NCBI GenBank assembly: GCA_018398765.1
Contig: JAHBMJ010000282.1
Span: 1 to 50,943 of the forward strand
Direction: 5' to 3'
Source: Chromera velia
Lineage: Eukaryota
Length of the DNA: 50,943 nt
Below the pieces are notes generated by a model, which saw nothing but the letters and a program-made list of their open reading frames with translations, did no database searches and was not told the DNA's origin. Below, piece by piece: positions 47,957 to 50,943 of the stretch. A program made the translations under genes and the position numbers. Positions within the stretch are counted from its first letter, which is position 1, and each line of letters starts with the position of its first letter.

Positions 47957-50943
47957 ATGGCCAGTCCGCAACCTACAGAAACGCCAATGCAGGGACCTCC
48001 TCCCCCTGGCACTACTTCCTTCAACCCTCCTCAGGGTGCTTTCGGCTTGCCAATGATGCCTCCTCCAGCGGGCTTCCCAAGTCAGTCCCCTCTCTTGTTT
48101 CCTTCTGCCTCCATTGCCCCTTTTCGGTCCTCCAGTCTTGATCCGGACACCTGCTTCTCCATTTTCATTTCACCACCTTCGTTTCTTCAAGCAACGGGCC
48201 GTGACCCAAATTCTTCTTCCATCAATTGAAATTCTCTCCATTGCCCAACATCCCCCAAACACCAAGTCTCTCCCTTCAAATCTATTCCACACACTTCCCT
48301 CCACTTCCCCAAGATGTATATACACCTATCTACGACTGCTTCTGACTGCAGTGGGACCGGGTGTTCCCTTCCACACGATGTCGGGAGGCCCTATGCCTAT
48401 GCCGCCTCCAATGCTGGCAGCCACCAACGCATCCCTTCCCATGGGTCCCCCCCTCCCCCCTCCTCCCATGATGGCTACCAGCCCCCCTCCAGGACCCCCT
48501 CTCTCCATGACACAGCAGGAGAAGACCGAGGTCTACAGGGTGCCTGTCGACAAAACCATCCAGGTCAGTGAAGAAGCAACTTAAGGAGAGGACCGAGAAG
48601 AGCTGAAAAGGGACCGCTCTTCTCCCCATCTTTCTGTCTACTACGTGCCCTATCATTTGTTTCTTCTACGTGCCCCAACCAAGCTGCACTTGGACCGCCT
48701 ACCTGTCCTCCCTCTTCCTTCTGACTTTCTCTCGTTGAATAGCCATCACAAGGCCGCCTTTGCATCGGTGGAGGAAGGACAACCACCCCTCTCCATGGTG
48801 CCTCATGACATCCCCAATGTTTCCGCTCACTTCTCTTAAGCTGCCCACCTGTAATGCGGACGTTCTCGGGTCCCACCAGATCCTGGAAGAACTTTTGTGT
48901 GTGTGGATATGTGTGTCCGCATCTGGACGGAGACGCCTTCTCCTTGGAGTCTTTTTTCACATTTGTTCTTTCCTTTTGTGCCTGCCTACCTGCCTGCAGA
49001 GACGTGACCGTGTGATCGAGTACCCTCAGATCCACGTGAGAGAGAAGGTGCAGCCGACAGTGAAGGTCCAGGAGGTGATCAAAGAGATCCCGAAGATTGA
49101 GGTCGAGTGGCAGGAGAAGGTTGTAGAAGTCCCTCAGGTCCATGTGAGGGAGAAGTACATCGAGGTCCCGCAAGTGCACGTGGTCAGTCAGTCTCTGCAT
49201 GTCTTCTTCTATTTTTTTTTCTTCATTCTTGGCTTTTTCTTCCGCTTCGTTTGCACCCGCTTTCGTTTTTTCTTTCTTCAGTCTCTCTTTGTTTGTGCGC
49301 TCGCATCGATTGGTGGACTTTGAGAACTGCGGTTGTTCTTGTTGTCTACCTGTCTGTCTGCCGGTGGCTTTCTGCGCCCTTTTGTCCCGAACCCCGCCTC
49401 TTTTTCTGTTCCTGCTCTTCCACCTGCCGTCTCTCTTTCCTCCGCTTGCATAGGCTTGTTGGTGAGTGGACTCGTTTCTGTGTGCGTGCGTCAGCGGTTC
49501 TCTGACTGACTCGAATGTGAACTCATTGGCTTCAATGAAAGCGATCTGACTGAATGCAGGTGAAGAAGCACGTGCCGAAGATTGAATACCAAGAGAAGAT
49601 TGTGGAGATCCCGAAAATCGAAGTTCAGTGGCAGGAAAAGATCGTTGAAGTGCCCCACGTGGAGGTGCGTTCCTTGGTCGTCTTGGGGTGGGGTCGGTTG
49701 GGAGTGCTCTTGTTTGCCCATCTTGAGTCCTTTCCCTCTTTTGGCCTTTCTTGGTTTGCTTTTCCTCTTTCGCTGTTCTTGTTTATGTTGCAATCGTACC
49801 CACATTCACGCACGAAAGACGGCAGGGAGGCAGCGAGGAGAGGGCCCGTTTCTGGGCTTCATTTTTCTTTTCTCACATTCCCATGTTTTCCTCCGACACC
49901 ACGTCGCTTTGCTGTGGGTCTCTGGCTTCGAATTCGTCCAGACAGACGCCAGCAGTGCAGGGAGGGAAGAAAGGAACGGAAGGGACATGCTTGATTCTTC
50001 AATCAGAAAAAGGGGAAGGAAACAAAAACCTTGCATGCTCAAATTTCTCCTTAATTCTGTCTGTCTCTCCTCTCCTCCATGAGGCATGCAGGTTAGAGAG
50101 AAGTACACGGACGTGGTGCAACAACAGGAGGTCATCCGTGAGATCCCAAAGGTGGAGGTCATTGAGGTCAGTCTGTCTGTCAGTTGCCTCTTTTTTCTTG
50201 TTCTGAATCTTCGTCTTCAGATTCATTCTCAACAGGACTTTCGGCGCTTTTGTTCATCTTCGACGCTGTCAGATTTCCCGTCCGTCCGTCCATCCATCTG
50301 TCCACAAATCTACGAACCAAAGAGAAAACAAGGAAGGAACGTCTTCTTGCCACTTGAACTTGATTCGTTTCCGCTTTTTCATTTCCCGACTTTTCTTTTT
50401 TGCATCCAGGAGGATCTTCAAAAGAAACGAGAGAAAAAGCACAAAGCCTACATATCTATCTATCTGCTCATCCCCGTCCCGGTAAGATTAAAGTAGTTCC
50501 TTTCATTTGATCCCCCTGTGCCGTCCTCTGTCACTGAATTCTTTCCTTCCTTTCTTCAGGTGCCCATTGAGAAGATCAAGCACGTTCCTAAGGTTCTCAT
50601 CCAAACGATCGAGAAGATTAGGCATGTGCCGGGGCCCATTGAGTACATTGACGTGGAGGTCACCAGGGCCCTCCCGCCCCCTCAGCCGGTTCTCATGAAG
50701 ACCCTCCCCCCGCCCCCTCCTCCTCCTCCCCCCATGATGGTCAAGGAGGTGGCACCCCCTCCGGTCATGGCACCCCTCCCTCCTCCTATGATCTTCCAGA
50801 AGCCCCTTCCCCCGCCCCCCTCACCCCCCATGAAGCTGATGGCACCCCCCCCGATGCCCCCCCCTCCTCTGATGAAGACAGTCGAGATGCCCCCCCCGTC
50901 TCCACAGCCGATGCCTCTGATGGTCAAGCCACTGCCCCCCCCT
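47957..50943 (+). CDS. Alveolin / inner membrane complex (IMCp-repeat) protein with Pro/Met-rich flanks; 3'-partial
   Basis: Exons 47957-48080, 48352-48563, 49000-49182, 49560-49664, 50092-50166, 50560 to window end, all phase-consistent. Repeats EKVVEVPQV, EKYIEVPQV, EKIVEIPKI, EKIVEVPHV, EVPIEKIKHVPK. Confidence 0.9.

Noticed and set aside
1..50943. CRISPR arrays, tRNA/rRNA genes, telomeric arrays
   Set aside because: None seen. The tandem repeats are simple microsatellites without unique spacers.

Overview
Eukaryotic nuclear DNA from an intron-rich, microsatellite-laden alveolate. It contains an alveolin gene and a plastid-type sulfolipid gene, which fits a photosynthetic chromerid such as Chromera; that taxon is my inference. 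Most entries in the ORF track are artefacts of intronic simple repeats. Splicing by hand at GT-AG sites with phase checks gives eight genes: a 3'-partial signal-peptide/C2H2-finger gene (-), a 14-exon PH + permuted NlpC/P60 (YiiX/C92-like) peptidase (+), a 3-exon orphan (+), RPL7A/eL8 (-, 12 coding exons), SQD1/SqdB (+, 10 exons), a CysQ-type PAP phosphatase (+, 7 exons), an F-box-like + HECTD1-type galactose-binding-like domain gene (+), and a 3'-partial alveolin/IMC gene (+). A probable decayed gene lies at about 13.3-18 kb. The most striking element, at about 39.8-43.0 kb (-), is a degenerate Penelope-like retroelement with permuted domain order: N-terminal GIY-YIG endonuclease, degenerate CxC linker, then a telomerase-like RT with an insertion in the fingers. 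This is the Chlamys/Naiad architecture. It is bracketed by about 34-bp imperfect inverted repeats and has a MITE-like insert beside it. Also notable: two adjacent, putatively plastid-targeted sulfur genes of bacterial type (SqdB and CysQ), a dispersed ~140-bp repeat, and recurring CpG-rich patches upstream of genes.
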